A program made the position numbers and the translations under genes. 52,912 nt of DNA from Flavobacteriaceae bacterium (GTDB lineage Bacteria > Bacteroidota > Bacteroidia > Flavobacteriales > Flavobacteriaceae): positions 1-52,912 of the forward strand of contig JALRAI010000001.1 of NCBI GenBank assembly GCA_023258055.1. The letters run 5' to 3'. This document shows positions 28,501 to 36,172 of this stretch, one piece after another; the first letter of the stretch is position 1, and each line of letters opens with the position of its first letter. The notes beneath the pieces are model-generated. The model did not search any database, was not told the DNA's origin, and was given only the letters and a program-made list of their open reading frames with translations.

Positions 28501-29578
28501 CGTAAACAGTAGAGATCCAGGCACTAAAGGAATAGTCAGTATTTGGATCTAAGGAAATGGTTCGGCGATAGAATTCACCCACAGGAATATCGGCGTTGAC
28601 AAAAAGCATGCGGCCATTAGTATCCCCTATGGTATGATCCTCCATATTGGCATGCCATCCTCCATTTAGTCCATTTGAAGTATTGGTTACGACATATTCA
28701 CCATCTTCCATATCACCCCCCGTATAACAGCTGTAGGTGGTGCTTGCCCCATTTAAATTACATGAAATGCCTGTCCCTGTGTTAAAAGTTTCTTGAAACT
28801 CTAAGGCAGCAGTTAAAGTAACCTCACAGCGATAGCTTCCAGAAACCGTCACATCCAAAGTCGGATTAGTCTCTGCGGGCACAAATGGCACATAATTTCC
28901 AGAACCTGCTGGTGATTCATAAGTCCAATCATAGGCGACAGCTCCTGTAGTGGTGGCATCAAAAGTTATAATATCCCCATCACAAGCAGTGTCGTTAGCC
29001 AAGATAGAACAATCCGTGCTCCCTGCGCCCTGCTGGCCTGCATTGGTTTGTTCTAATTTGATAAACCCCGGGGATTGATTAAAGTTAGTTATGACCAAAA
29101 CATAAATTTCTCCAGGTTGCGCCCCGGTAATACTGAAGGATTCTACTGGTGCCGCGGAATAACTACATGCGATTTCATTTTGGGCCTGAAGCTGGGAGTA
29201 GTCACAAAGGTCTGCCCCTTGTGCAAAAGGCCCCCAAGCGATAAAATCAACGTCGAGACCTGTTCCTGTGGGGTTCCCGTTCACATCAAAACTCGTGTTC
29301 TGGGTAATGGTAAAATCTAAATTACCTCCCTCATCAATTTGCAAATAAAACCAAGCTGGATAGGGTTCAGAACCTAAACAACCATAATCCGGGCCAATTT
29401 CGGCCGTGGTGACACAATCAGGGTCCTGATTGTTACAGTTCGCAAAAATCAGCGCCTGATTTCCAGCACAGAAGGGCTCTATACTTTCACAGGTTCCTCC
29501 CTGGCCAAAAGCCTGGGCTAGAGGAAACAAAAGAAGAAATAAAACCGTGTAAAAACGACTCGGGGTAAATATTCTCAT
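22547..29578 (-). CDS. Giant (about 2340 aa) repetitive cell-surface protein with type-B T9SS C-terminal domain (gliding-motility-associated CTD type)
   Basis: C-terminus YPRFVTPNNDGFNDTWNI...IYIFDRYGKLLKQL...GWDGTYKGNPLPSSDYWFRIEY...GHFTLKR matches the type-B CTD pattern. Signal peptide MRIFTPSRFYTVLFLLLFPLAQA from ATG at 29578 (the track start at 29650 is GTG; another ATG lies at 29632). A Cys-rich N-domain and a jelly-roll/CBM-like domain are followed by more than 20 ~95-aa modules, each with C-D-D...FDLT...LG..DP...V.YY...A..G...L..PY.N...PQ.I.ARV....C. Confidence 0.9.
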   Translation of the reverse strand: MRIFTPSRFYTVLFLLLFPLAQAFGQGGTCESIEPFCAGNQALIFANCNNQDPDCVTTAEIGPDYGCLGSEPYPAWFYLQIDEGGNLDFTITQNTSFDVNGNPTGTGLDVDFIAWGPFAQGADLCDYSQLQAQNEIACSYSAAPVESFSITGAQPGEIYVLVITNFNQSPGFIKLEQTNAGQQGAGSTDCSILANDTACDGDIITFDATTTGAVAYDWTYESPAGSGNYVPFVPAETNPTLDVTVSGSYRCEVTLTAALEFQETFNTGTGISCNLNGASTTYSCYTGGDMEDGEYVVTNTSNGLNGGWHANMEDHTIGDTNGRMLFVNADIPVGEFYRRTISLDPNTDYSFSAWISTVYDTDSGICGGNSVPSNVRFRIENMAGGTIQETVTGNIPNGPDPDWQEYFISFNTGTNSNIQLVLINNAPGGCGNDLVIDDISLSQVNNTPEIFFFEAIFLPQPVIETAPDDLYVCNNNGLTLGVFDLTVNEPLAIGTQDPAELNVFYTDGAGNPIADPTAHNITGTSETITIRLEELTGLCFAEETFEIIYTTVIAGPVNNFVVCDNDGNGSEPINLVAEFDAQVLNGQPASDFTITYHNSQAEANSGANPLSSPYNVSAPFENIFVRFTSTIDPDCSDTNQNFIINITTPPVIASPPLDLAQCSSDVSIPGIFDLTVNEPIVLGSQDPANINITYYDALGSQILFPGAYTITGISETITIRLDDILGDCFVEATFEITYTQALSGEVEDYNLCDLDGSGDEPIDLAVTFNTQVLDGQPLGDYFITYHSSQLDADLSQNALPTPHIVTGPSQQIFVRLENRQDPTCFDTAENFTIFLIPPPTPGPIDIFVVCDSDNDGFADFDLSELVAPLQGGNGDLQITFHGTQLDAQNGVLPLINPYPNDDPYNDSVWARVESALTGCYTTVEVFLEVRDYPIATQPEEPLRLCDDALADGFTVFDLTVVEPEVLGSLDPLEYDIYYYELESDAITAGDLALTAPDFSLAIANPGAYQNTTNPQTIYILVVGNANATSPNNGTAGCYDIVTLELIVDPLPEDLGPFELYLCDDEASGSTSDEVSLFDLTQVNDTATGGDSSITVTWYLTEADAQAGIAGTELLSPYANTTTPQTIWGRLDSAFGCTTIVTMTLTVLPNPTPVIPTPLEVCDDDLDGGTFDDGYATFVLTDKDAEITDGEPDVSVTYYETLAQAEAGTPALTSPWVNTIPGGQVIYARVARDIPPGILGCSSIVPLELIVVPLPDAPTADFIDPMFVCDDDGDGLVEFDLTLNDPFVLGTQDPIDFAPITYHESLADAQAGTPFIATPEAYLSPGGTSIWVRLESLETGCYRITSFGLVTGALPGIGSAEDLYLCDDEIGGSDPFDGLSTFDLTVNTLEVTLGDPTYSVSYYASAQDQIDNNPIATPAAYQNVISPVQEIFVTVFGPDGCPAVTSFFINVEANPTINIPTPLIVCDDNNNGFYNNFDLTSKDAELLGGQVDVSVRYYETLADANAGNPADQLLSPYENIVPFVQTIYARLENDVPPGVNACYSIVPLELRIESLPLGVDTATFQDPLVACDFDGDGFEVFDLTQNNLAALGANEPLSDYSVSYHISQGDADLGINAIATPGAYTNIVTPIQQVFVRVENFTTGCGRVTPFDLEVQPPADLSAGPFEMALCDDEIGGSAPDDGVSTFDLTLNDPIITGGDPTYTVVYYASAQDQIDDNPIADPTDYQNVVNPQDIYVTVVTSGGCGAETFLTLRVLPNPSPVTPTPLVVCDGEGDPVIDFDPEDGLSTFTLTDKDAEIIGGEPNVSVLYYATFDEAEAGVAGTELASPYANTTPFSQVVYARVTKDVPPATLACYSIVELELVVSPLPVAQGLPEDLYYCAVDNNGVGVFDLTQNDALILGDLDPLVYAVLYFRTLTEAQNGVNPIGNPTLFASTTSPQTVYAGLIALDTGCYTPPQQDPVTFEVDLSFELYVKEGAFAGTPDPYMICDNLAPSDGLAEFTLIPNAALPTDLDPQAQLLVDQILQDQDPSVYVLTFHETLSDAELGVGNLPDVYTNITNPQVIYARVSNLLDPNDVPICYGVAEVLLAVEQLPPMILEDEYRICVDAQGNAIMEDFGAVSPPTLETGLPTEGFTFLWSLNGTILPNEVGPSLVALAPGSYSVLVTELASGCSLETVVAVNPASPPLEYNVRLLNGAFAGEHVIEATASGLGTYQFSLDGGNLQDSGVFENVTPGTHQVTITNVEGCGSITVDIGVVDYPRFVTPNNDGFNDTWNIIGLADYDPAARIYIFDRYGKLLKQLSPTSAGWDGTYKGNPLPSSDYWFRIEYTEEDIPKAFTGHFTLKR
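23630..26404 (-). repeat. Coding tandem super-repeat: 3 copies of a ~0.91-0.95 kb unit, each encoding three ~100-aa modules
   Basis: Unit starts at 26404 (LYLCDDEASGS), 25495 (LYLCDDEIGGSDPFDG) and 24580 (MALCDDEIGGSAPDDG), giving periods of 909 and 915 nt. Some stretches are near-identical at DNA level, e.g. gatctgatcctgggcactggcgtagtaa at ~24437 and ~25353. Confidence 0.7.
27050..28183 (-). repeat. Coding tandem super-repeat: 2 copies of a ~0.57 kb unit, each encoding two modules
   Basis: Equivalent Cys codons at 28160-62, 27593-95 and 27029-31 give periods of 567 and 564 nt. Paired peptides: GVFDLTVNEPLAIGTQDPAELNVFY / GIFDLTVNEPIVLGSQDPANINITY, and FTITYHNSQAEANSGANPL / YFITYHSSQLDADLSQNAL. 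Confidence 0.6.
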
Positions 29579-29743
29579 AATAGGGCGTCTATTAAGCGCG
29601 AAAAGTAAGGAAATTTTTGCGATAAATGCCATTTTCAGGCATCTAAGCACAGTTTTTTAACGTAATTCAGATTCATATTTTTATCTATCTATCAGCCCAA
29701 AATAATCCCCTTGGGTTATCGAAGTTGATTTTTCAGGAATCAC

Positions 29744-29751
29744 TATTTTTG
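29744..29751 (+). promoter_or_regulatory. Candidate -7 promoter box for the NifU-family gene
   Basis: TATTTTTG (TAnnTTTG) lies 25 nt upstream of the ATG at 29777. Confidence 0.3.
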
Positions 29752-29776
29752 CCTGAGAAAAAATTGCACCATTTCC

Positions 29777-30676
29777 ATGACTTTTACCATAACACCAAAA
29801 CCAACCACAAACGAGAAGATATACAAGTTTGAGGCTAATGCTTTTTTAGTTCAAGGGTCTTCTTATGAGTTTAGCAACATCGATGAGGCCAAACCCTCTC
29901 CACTGGCACAAGAACTTTTTCACCTGCCATTTGTTAAAACGATATTTTTTGCGCAAAATTTTGTTGCTGTAGAAAAATATGACATCGTCAGTTGGGAAAT
30001 GGTTTTGTCAGAACTTTCAAAAGCCATTGAAGATTATCTCAACAGCGGCCGTCCATTGATCAAAGAGAGTAAACCTAAACCTGAGGGTATTGCGATTTAC
30101 GCCGAGAGCACGCCAAATCCCAATACTATGAAATTTGTCGCCAATAGGACCCTAGTCCCGAGAAGATTTGAATTCAACAGCAGCGAAAAAGCAGAACATG
30201 CTCCATTAGCGCAAGAACTCTTTAAAATCGAGGGTGTCACTGAGGTCTTTATGCACCAGAATTATATTTCAATTTCTAAAGATGATCAGCAATCTTGGAC
30301 TGAATTAATCGAGGTCCTAAAAAATCTCATTCAAGGTTTTGTGGCCCAAGGGAAGGCCGTTTTGACGGATCAAGCCTTGCAGCAACCGGCAGGTGGATCA
30401 ACATCTACACAGCAGCAACCTTTGGCTGAGCGCAACGATCAGGAAAAAGAAATCATCGCTTTGCTTGAAGAATTCGTAACCCCAGCCGTCGCGGGTGATG
30501 GCGGTTATATTGCCTTCGATTCCTTTGACCCGGAGTCAAAAACCGTACGCGTTTTATTACAAGGGGCATGCAGTGGTTGCCCCTCATCTACCATAACACT
30601 TAAAAATGGTATACAATCGCTTTTAATGGAAATGACCCAAGGAAGAGTTCAGCATGTAGAGGCCATTAATGGGTAA
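29777..30676 (+). CDS. NifU/Nfu-family Fe-S cluster protein (two Nfu_N-like domains plus a C-terminal NifU domain)
   Basis: Duplicated N-domains (PLAQELFHLPFVKTIFFAQNFVAVEK / PLAQELFKIEGVTEVFMHQNYISISK). C-terminal domain has GDGGYIAFDSF...LQGACSGCPSSTITLK (CxxC). Confidence 0.85.
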   Translation: MTFTITPKPTTNEKIYKFEANAFLVQGSSYEFSNIDEAKPSPLAQELFHLPFVKTIFFAQNFVAVEKYDIVSWEMVLSELSKAIEDYLNSGRPLIKESKPKPEGIAIYAESTPNPNTMKFVANRTLVPRRFEFNSSEKAEHAPLAQELFKIEGVTEVFMHQNYISISKDDQQSWTELIEVLKNLIQGFVAQGKAVLTDQALQQPAGGSTSTQQQPLAERNDQEKEIIALLEEFVTPAVAGDGGYIAFDSFDPESKTVRVLLQGACSGCPSSTITLKNGIQSLLMEMTQGRVQHVEAING

Positions 30677-30743
30677 TTTTCGATTTTTTTAACACATCCT
30701 TTAAGGTGGTCTAATTATATTCGCACCTTAATAAAATTTTGAG

Positions 30744-31427
30744 ATGAATAAATTCACAGCACTTCTTATATTTTCCATGTTTACAAGCATCGCATGGGCC
30801 CAACCTGCAGGATTAGAACTCAATTTTCAACGCGTGCGCAGTGGCGATCGATTTGTATCTGATGGAAATACCACTGGAACCCCCTATTACCACGATCAAT
30901 ATCATCCAGGTTCTATTTATTTAAACGATGTGCTGGCCGCTTCAGGGATACTTTTAAAATACAATGCTCATAGAGATATTTTCTTTGCAGTAACAGACCA
31001 AAATACCTCAGATGAGGATGCGCAGATCGTTACCAAAACTCAGGGGATGAAAATTCTGGTAAACAACGAAGAATTCATTACCCTACCCAGTGTAGATAAT
31101 CGCTATGAAATGCAGTATTATCAGGTAGTGACCCGTGGAGAAAAGGTAACTTTGCTCAAGAAAAATTACAAGCTTTTTGTGGAAGGCTCTCGAGCCACAA
31201 CGAGCTTGACCCGAGATGTGCCCTCTACTTACTCAGATCGCAGTGATTTCTATCTGCTGAGCCCTTCAGGAGATTTTACTGAAGTGCCTTCTTCCACGAG
31301 AAAAGTTTTAGCCTTGTTTCCCGAGGATAAGAAAGCATTGGGGGGCGCCATCAAAAAATACAGTCTAAATCTGAAAAAAGAAATCGATCTAATTCGGTTT
31401 ATCGGGTACTACAATCGCTTAAAATAA
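30744..31427 (+). CDS. Hypothetical secreted protein
   Basis: Clear signal peptide (MNKFTALLIFSMFTSIAWAQ) and a 227-aa ORF with a normal amino-acid mix. I recognise no family motif. Confidence 0.55.
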   Translation: MNKFTALLIFSMFTSIAWAQPAGLELNFQRVRSGDRFVSDGNTTGTPYYHDQYHPGSIYLNDVLAASGILLKYNAHRDIFFAVTDQNTSDEDAQIVTKTQGMKILVNNEEFITLPSVDNRYEMQYYQVVTRGEKVTLLKKNYKLFVEGSRATTSLTRDVPSTYSDRSDFYLLSPSGDFTEVPSSTRKVLALFPEDKKALGGAIKKYSLNLKKEIDLIRFIGYYNRLK

Positions 31428-31515
31428 ACCCTATCCGCCTGTGAATCTACTGCCGCGGGCCTGAACTTGCCGCAGGCTAATGCAGCGATTTAACATAATT
31501 AAATCGTGCTTATTC

Positions 31516-32172
31516 TTATTTAAAGGACTGAAAATCTTTGAGGTAATAGGGTTCGAAATACGCCAGGTCCACAAACTCGTTTTTTAAAAATAAATCCTGG
31601 GACAAAAACCCCATATTTTTGGCACTGGGCAATACACCTACCTGAAACAGCGCATTTTTGTGTTGACATAGTGTTTGCCATTTTTGCACACCATTTCCAA
31701 TGAAACTTACTGTTCCCCGTTCTAAATATTCACTATAAGAGGTTGGTGAGAGCACTTCAGCCTTTGCTCCATCAATAACAAGCCCACCACCGGCCAGAAC
31801 ACAGCTGTAAACCTCCATCCTTCTAGCATCGATCATTGGAATGATATAATCTGCCTTTTTTTGGCTAGATCCTGCCAAAATACTCAAAGTCTCTATGGCG
31901 ATTAGTGGAATGGACAAGGCATAACACAATCCTTTGGCGGCGGATACACCGATACGCAAGCCGGTATAAGACCCTGGGCCTTTACTTACGGCGATCGCGC
32001 TCAATGCACTAAGTTCGACTTCTGCCTGCCGACAAACCTCTTGAATAAATACATGAAGCTGTTCGTTATGGCTGTAACCAGAGGAGGAATCCTCTTTATA
32101 GGCAATACACTCAGTTCCGTTAAAGATTGCTACTGAACAGTTAGTCGTTGCCGTTTCGATGCAAAGAACCAT
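31516..32172 (-). CDS. tsaB: tRNA threonylcarbamoyladenosine (t6A) biosynthesis protein TsaB
   Basis: MVLCIETATTNCSVAI..., AVSKGPGSYTGLRIGVSAAKGL. The track start at 32181 is TTG; ATG at 32170-32172. Confidence 0.85.
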   Translation of the reverse strand: MVLCIETATTNCSVAIFNGTECIAYKEDSSSGYSHNEQLHVFIQEVCRQAEVELSALSAIAVSKGPGSYTGLRIGVSAAKGLCYALSIPLIAIETLSILAGSSQKKADYIIPMIDARRMEVYSCVLAGGGLVIDGAKAEVLSPTSYSEYLERGTVSFIGNGVQKWQTLCQHKNALFQVGVLPSAKNMGFLSQDLFLKNEFVDLAYFEPYYLKDFQSFK

Positions 32173-32181
32173 CTTACGCAA

Positions 32182-33456
32182 TTATTCCTTTTCTTCAGCC
32201 TTTTCTTCAGCATCTACAGTGACGCGATCTCCAGGATCCAAAAGTTTTGTTACTGTATTGTATGGGCCAGTAATAACCTGATCACCGGTCTGCAAACCAG
32301 AGGTAATTTCGATTCTGCTATCGTCCTGTATGCCGGTCTCAATCACGCGAAGGGCGGCTACATTGTCTTTCATAACAAACACGCACTCGAATCGCTCAGC
32401 ATCCGCCTCAAGCTTTGGCGTTGGCGTTCCTGGTTTACGTACTGTGGTATCGGTTTTTATCACCACTGCACTTATGGGAATGGCCACAATATTGTTGCGA
32501 CGCTCAGTCTGTATGTCCACAGTGGCAGTCATTCCTGGGCGAAATGGAGCATAATACTCTGGTTTACCTTCCATTAAATCTTGATAAGATTCTGGAAGTA
32601 TACGGACTTTAACCTTGAAGTTTGTGACCTGATCTACTGAAAGGGTCGATTCGGCTGAATTTGCAATTTCCGTGACCACACCAGTAAAGATGCGCTTGAG
32701 ATAGGCATCGACTTCAACCTCGGTAGTGTCTCCAATGGAAACCTTTACAATGTCGTTTTCGTTAACATCAACCTCAACTTCCATATTCGAGAGATCGGCC
32801 ACGCGGACTATTTCCGTACCCGCCATTTGAGCAGTCCCCACCACACGCTCACCGAGCTCGACGGCTAATTTTGAAATTGTGCCTGACATGGGTGCAAAAA
32901 TCGAGGTACGATTCAAGTTGTCTTGACCTTGCTGCACGTTTGATCGTGCACTTTCGACCGAGTAAAAAGCAGAATTTCGCGTGGCCTGGGCCATTTCAAA
33001 ATCTGCAACCGTGCGGTCCCATTCACTCTTTGAGATTACCCCTTTGGCAAACAGAGTTTTATTGCGATCGTAGTTCAGCTGGGCATTGCGCAAAGAGGCT
33101 TCGGCTTGTGCCAAACCGGCTTTAGCGTTTTGAAGGCCTGCCTCTGCCTGACGCAGCGCAGACTGAATTAAGTCAGGATTAATCCGGACCAATAAATCGC
33201 CTTTTTGAACTTGATCGCCCTCACTGATCGGCAGTTCGATAATCTCACCAGACACCTCAGAGGAAAGCATTACTTCGATTTCTGGTTGAATTTTACCTGT
33301 GGCCGCCACGGTCTGTATCAAATCGCGGGACACAACTTCTTCTACATCGACAAGTCTTAGATTTTCATCCTTGCCATAGAATTTCTTACCTACAATCAGA
33401 ACAACAATAAGTACAACGATTGCAACGGCAATCCAAAGGCGTTTTTTTGAGGTCAT
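32182..33456 (-). CDS. Efflux periplasmic adaptor (membrane-fusion protein, HlyD/MacA type), copy 2
   Basis: N-terminal TM anchor, a lipoyl-like hairpin (VSGEIIELPISEGDQVQKGDLLVRI), a coiled-coil (AEAGLQNAKAGLAQAEASLRNAQLNYDR), a beta-barrel domain, and an acidic tail DAEEKAEEKE. Confidence 0.85.
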   Translation of the reverse strand: MTSKKRLWIAVAIVVLIVVLIVGKKFYGKDENLRLVDVEEVVSRDLIQTVAATGKIQPEIEVMLSSEVSGEIIELPISEGDQVQKGDLLVRINPDLIQSALRQAEAGLQNAKAGLAQAEASLRNAQLNYDRNKTLFAKGVISKSEWDRTVADFEMAQATRNSAFYSVESARSNVQQGQDNLNRTSIFAPMSGTISKLAVELGERVVGTAQMAGTEIVRVADLSNMEVEVDVNENDIVKVSIGDTTEVEVDAYLKRIFTGVVTEIANSAESTLSVDQVTNFKVKVRILPESYQDLMEGKPEYYAPFRPGMTATVDIQTERRNNIVAIPISAVVIKTDTTVRKPGTPTPKLEADAERFECVFVMKDNVAALRVIETGIQDDSRIEITSGLQTGDQVITGPYNTVTKLLDPGDRVTVDAEEKAEEKE

Positions 33457-33458
33457 AA

Positions 33459-34913
33459 TTAAAATTTTAATTCCGAAACCGGTACACCAAAATACAACTC
33501 TAAAACTTTCAATTTAAATATATAATCATATTTGGCTCGATTCACATCGATAACCGCATTGTCATAGCGGGTCTTCGACTGACTAAAGTCAAAGGCGTTA
33601 ATAAGGCCCACATCATAACGCTGTTGCGCATATTGATAGGCCAATTGCTGCGAATTCATGGCCTTTACAGCGGCATCATATGACTTTAAGGCCCCCTTGG
33701 CATCTACAAATGCCTGATAAACTGTGCTTTCTAAATCCATTTTGGCCTGCTCCAAAAGCAATTCTCGACGCATTAGATTTAGTTTGCTGCGCTTGACATT
33801 ATTGCGGGTACTGTTTCCGTTAAAAATCGGGATATTCATTTGGACGCCATAGGAAATACCGTCATTCAGATAAAGTTGCTCCTCAAATGGCTTAGCGGCG
33901 ACCTCCTGATAACCTATAATGTTCGGGGCAAATCCATAAACAGCAGCACCGCTTCCGTCTACAAAGCCTATAGGATCTGGAGTGCTCACCACTGGATTGT
34001 CTGAATCAATAAGTGTGGTAATCCCACTAAAGCGATCAGACTCCCGAGTGTTATAATTAAAAAACGCGCCGATAGAGGGCATATATGCACTGCGCGCAAT
34101 TTGCAAATCTTTTTGAGCCAGGGCAACATTGGTTTCTGCGATAAGCACTTCCTTGCGGTACTCTTGTGCCGCAGCTACAAGCTGCTGTGGGGTTTTTTCC
34201 AAAATTTCAGTGCCCAAAATATCATAGCCCTGGTCTACAATATCAAAATTGTCATAATCCCTGATTTGTAACAATTGAGCCAAATTGATTAGTGAGAGGG
34301 TCACTCCGTTTTGAGCGGTCACAATGTTTTGTTTTTCGGTAGCATCTGCGGCCTGAATCTCAAGCAAGTCGCCTTCGGGCAAAACGCCAGCGCTTACCAA
34401 TTCTCCCGTGCGCTCGATTTGCCCCACTGTGACGGCATTTTGGGCTTCTAAGACAGCCACATTGGCTTTGTTTGTTAAGACTTGTAAAAAAGCATTAGCC
34501 ACAAAGAGGGCAATATCATCTTGCATTTTTTCCAGTCCATACTGTGCCGCAAGAGTATTGATCTTAGCGCGTTGCAGACTTCTCAAGTTTCTGAGTCCTT
34601 GAAAAATTGAAACACTTGCTGTAACACTGTATGAAGAGTTTCTCGAGGTTTGATTTTCCAAAACACCCGTAGTGACGTTTTGGGTAAGTCCTGTATTCCA
34701 AGCATTGGAAACAGATCCATTGAGGTTAGGCAGATAAGCCCCTACAGCATCTGCTTTATCCAGACGCGCGAGTTCCTGATCTAAAACACTTTGTTTTAGC
34801 GAAATATTATTAGACATGGCGTATTCAACGCACTCCTGTAGGGTCCATTTTTTTGTTTGCGCTCCAGCGGATACCGTGGCCACTAAGGCAATAACAATAG
34901 CAAATCGTTTCAT
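33459..34913 (-). CDS. TolC-family outer-membrane efflux protein
   Basis: Signal peptide, an internally duplicated alpha/beta architecture, and typical segments (WTLQECVEYAMSNNISLKQ; YLPNLNGSVS; YDVGLINAFDFSQSKTRYDNA). It starts 2 nt upstream of adaptor copy 2. Confidence 0.88.
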   Translation of the reverse strand: MKRFAIVIALVATVSAGAQTKKWTLQECVEYAMSNNISLKQSVLDQELARLDKADAVGAYLPNLNGSVSNAWNTGLTQNVTTGVLENQTSRNSSYSVTASVSIFQGLRNLRSLQRAKINTLAAQYGLEKMQDDIALFVANAFLQVLTNKANVAVLEAQNAVTVGQIERTGELVSAGVLPEGDLLEIQAADATEKQNIVTAQNGVTLSLINLAQLLQIRDYDNFDIVDQGYDILGTEILEKTPQQLVAAAQEYRKEVLIAETNVALAQKDLQIARSAYMPSIGAFFNYNTRESDRFSGITTLIDSDNPVVSTPDPIGFVDGSGAAVYGFAPNIIGYQEVAAKPFEEQLYLNDGISYGVQMNIPIFNGNSTRNNVKRSKLNLMRRELLLEQAKMDLESTVYQAFVDAKGALKSYDAAVKAMNSQQLAYQYAQQRYDVGLINAFDFSQSKTRYDNAVIDVNRAKYDYIFKLKVLELYFGVPVSELKF

Positions 34914-34982
34914 AATTTTTTATCGGCCCTGTGCGGGCGTTTTTACGTATTGCAACACAAAGGTAAGATTCTTCAGCTTAGC

Positions 34983-36137
34983 TTAAGGCCTTTGGTCTGG
35001 TTGTTTGAGTTGATTCCACACTTTTATTTTGTCTTCAGCAGTCACCCCAGACAAAACTTCGACGATTAAACCATCGCTAATTCCTAAGGTTACCTCTCTT
35101 CTTTGAAAATCTTGATCGCCCGTTTCTACTTCGACATAGGGCTGTTGGGTTTCACGGTCGTACTGTATCACAGACTCTTTTAAGGTGAGGACACTGTCGG
35201 CCCGCGCCAAAATAATCGAAGCATTTGCACTCAATCCAGCACGAATAAAAGTGGTGTCCTTTTTACTTAAACTGCCCTTTATTTCAAATTGAACTGCCCC
35301 GTTTTCTTCAACACCCTTTGGGGCTATGTAATCCAAAACAGCATCAAAAGACTTGTCCTCTATCGCGCCTACTGTAATTTCAAGGGCTAGGTTTTCTTTT
35401 ATTTTCCCCACTTCGCTTTCGTCCACTTTACCCTCGAAAATCATTCTGTTGACATCCGCTAAGGTGGCAATGGTGGTTCCGTCATTAAAGTTATTGGCCT
35501 CGATTACTTGATTCCCTACTTTTACAGGGACATCGAGAATCATACCTGAAACTGTGGCGCGAATTTCGGTGTTAGCCACTGCACCAAGCCCCTGAGTAGA
35601 GCCGGTTTTTACAATGTCAAAGGTCTGTTCTGCCGCACGTAAATTTACCTGCTCTTGATTGTAACGCTGTGTGGCCTGATCAAAGGACAAACGAGCCGTA
35701 TCAAATTCGTTTGCTGAAATCACCCCACGGTCAAAGAGTAACTGCTGACGCTCATAAATACTGGTTTGGCGCTCCAAGGCCAGTCTTGCTGTTTCTAATT
35801 GGGTCTTGGCTGCCTTGATATTGTTTTGTGCACTATTCAAAGCATTTATATTGGGGACCACACGCACTTTGGCAATTAAATCTCCCGTGACTACGGTTTG
35901 TCCCGCTTCGACAAAAATAGCGTCAATAATTCCCGAGATATTGGGCTTGATCAGCACCTCTTCTTTCGGGACGATACTTCCAGTGGCCACTGTTTTTTTC
36001 ACAACGCTACCGATGGTCGCTTGCTCGTACTGATAAACAATCGGGTCTTGCTGATCCTTCAGCCAGATATAACGCACGCCCAAAATAAATAAGACGCCGA
36101 TGACAATTAAGGTGATTAATGTTCCTCTTCTTTTCAT
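34983..36137 (-). CDS. Efflux periplasmic adaptor (membrane-fusion protein, MacA type), copy 1
   Basis: N-terminal TM anchor, ISGIIDAIFVEAGQTVVTGDLIAKV, a coiled-coil (AKTQLETARLALERQTSIYERQQLLFDRGVIS), and a C-terminal barrel domain. Confidence 0.85.
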   Translation of the reverse strand: MKRRGTLITLIVIGVLFILGVRYIWLKDQQDPIVYQYEQATIGSVVKKTVATGSIVPKEEVLIKPNISGIIDAIFVEAGQTVVTGDLIAKVRVVPNINALNSAQNNIKAAKTQLETARLALERQTSIYERQQLLFDRGVISANEFDTARLSFDQATQRYNQEQVNLRAAEQTFDIVKTGSTQGLGAVANTEIRATVSGMILDVPVKVGNQVIEANNFNDGTTIATLADVNRMIFEGKVDESEVGKIKENLALEITVGAIEDKSFDAVLDYIAPKGVEENGAVQFEIKGSLSKKDTTFIRAGLSANASIILARADSVLTLKESVIQYDRETQQPYVEVETGDQDFQRREVTLGISDGLIVEVLSGVTAEDKIKVWNQLKQPDQRP

Positions 36138-36172
36138 TGTTTGGTTGTATTAATACTTTTAATTTCTTTTTG

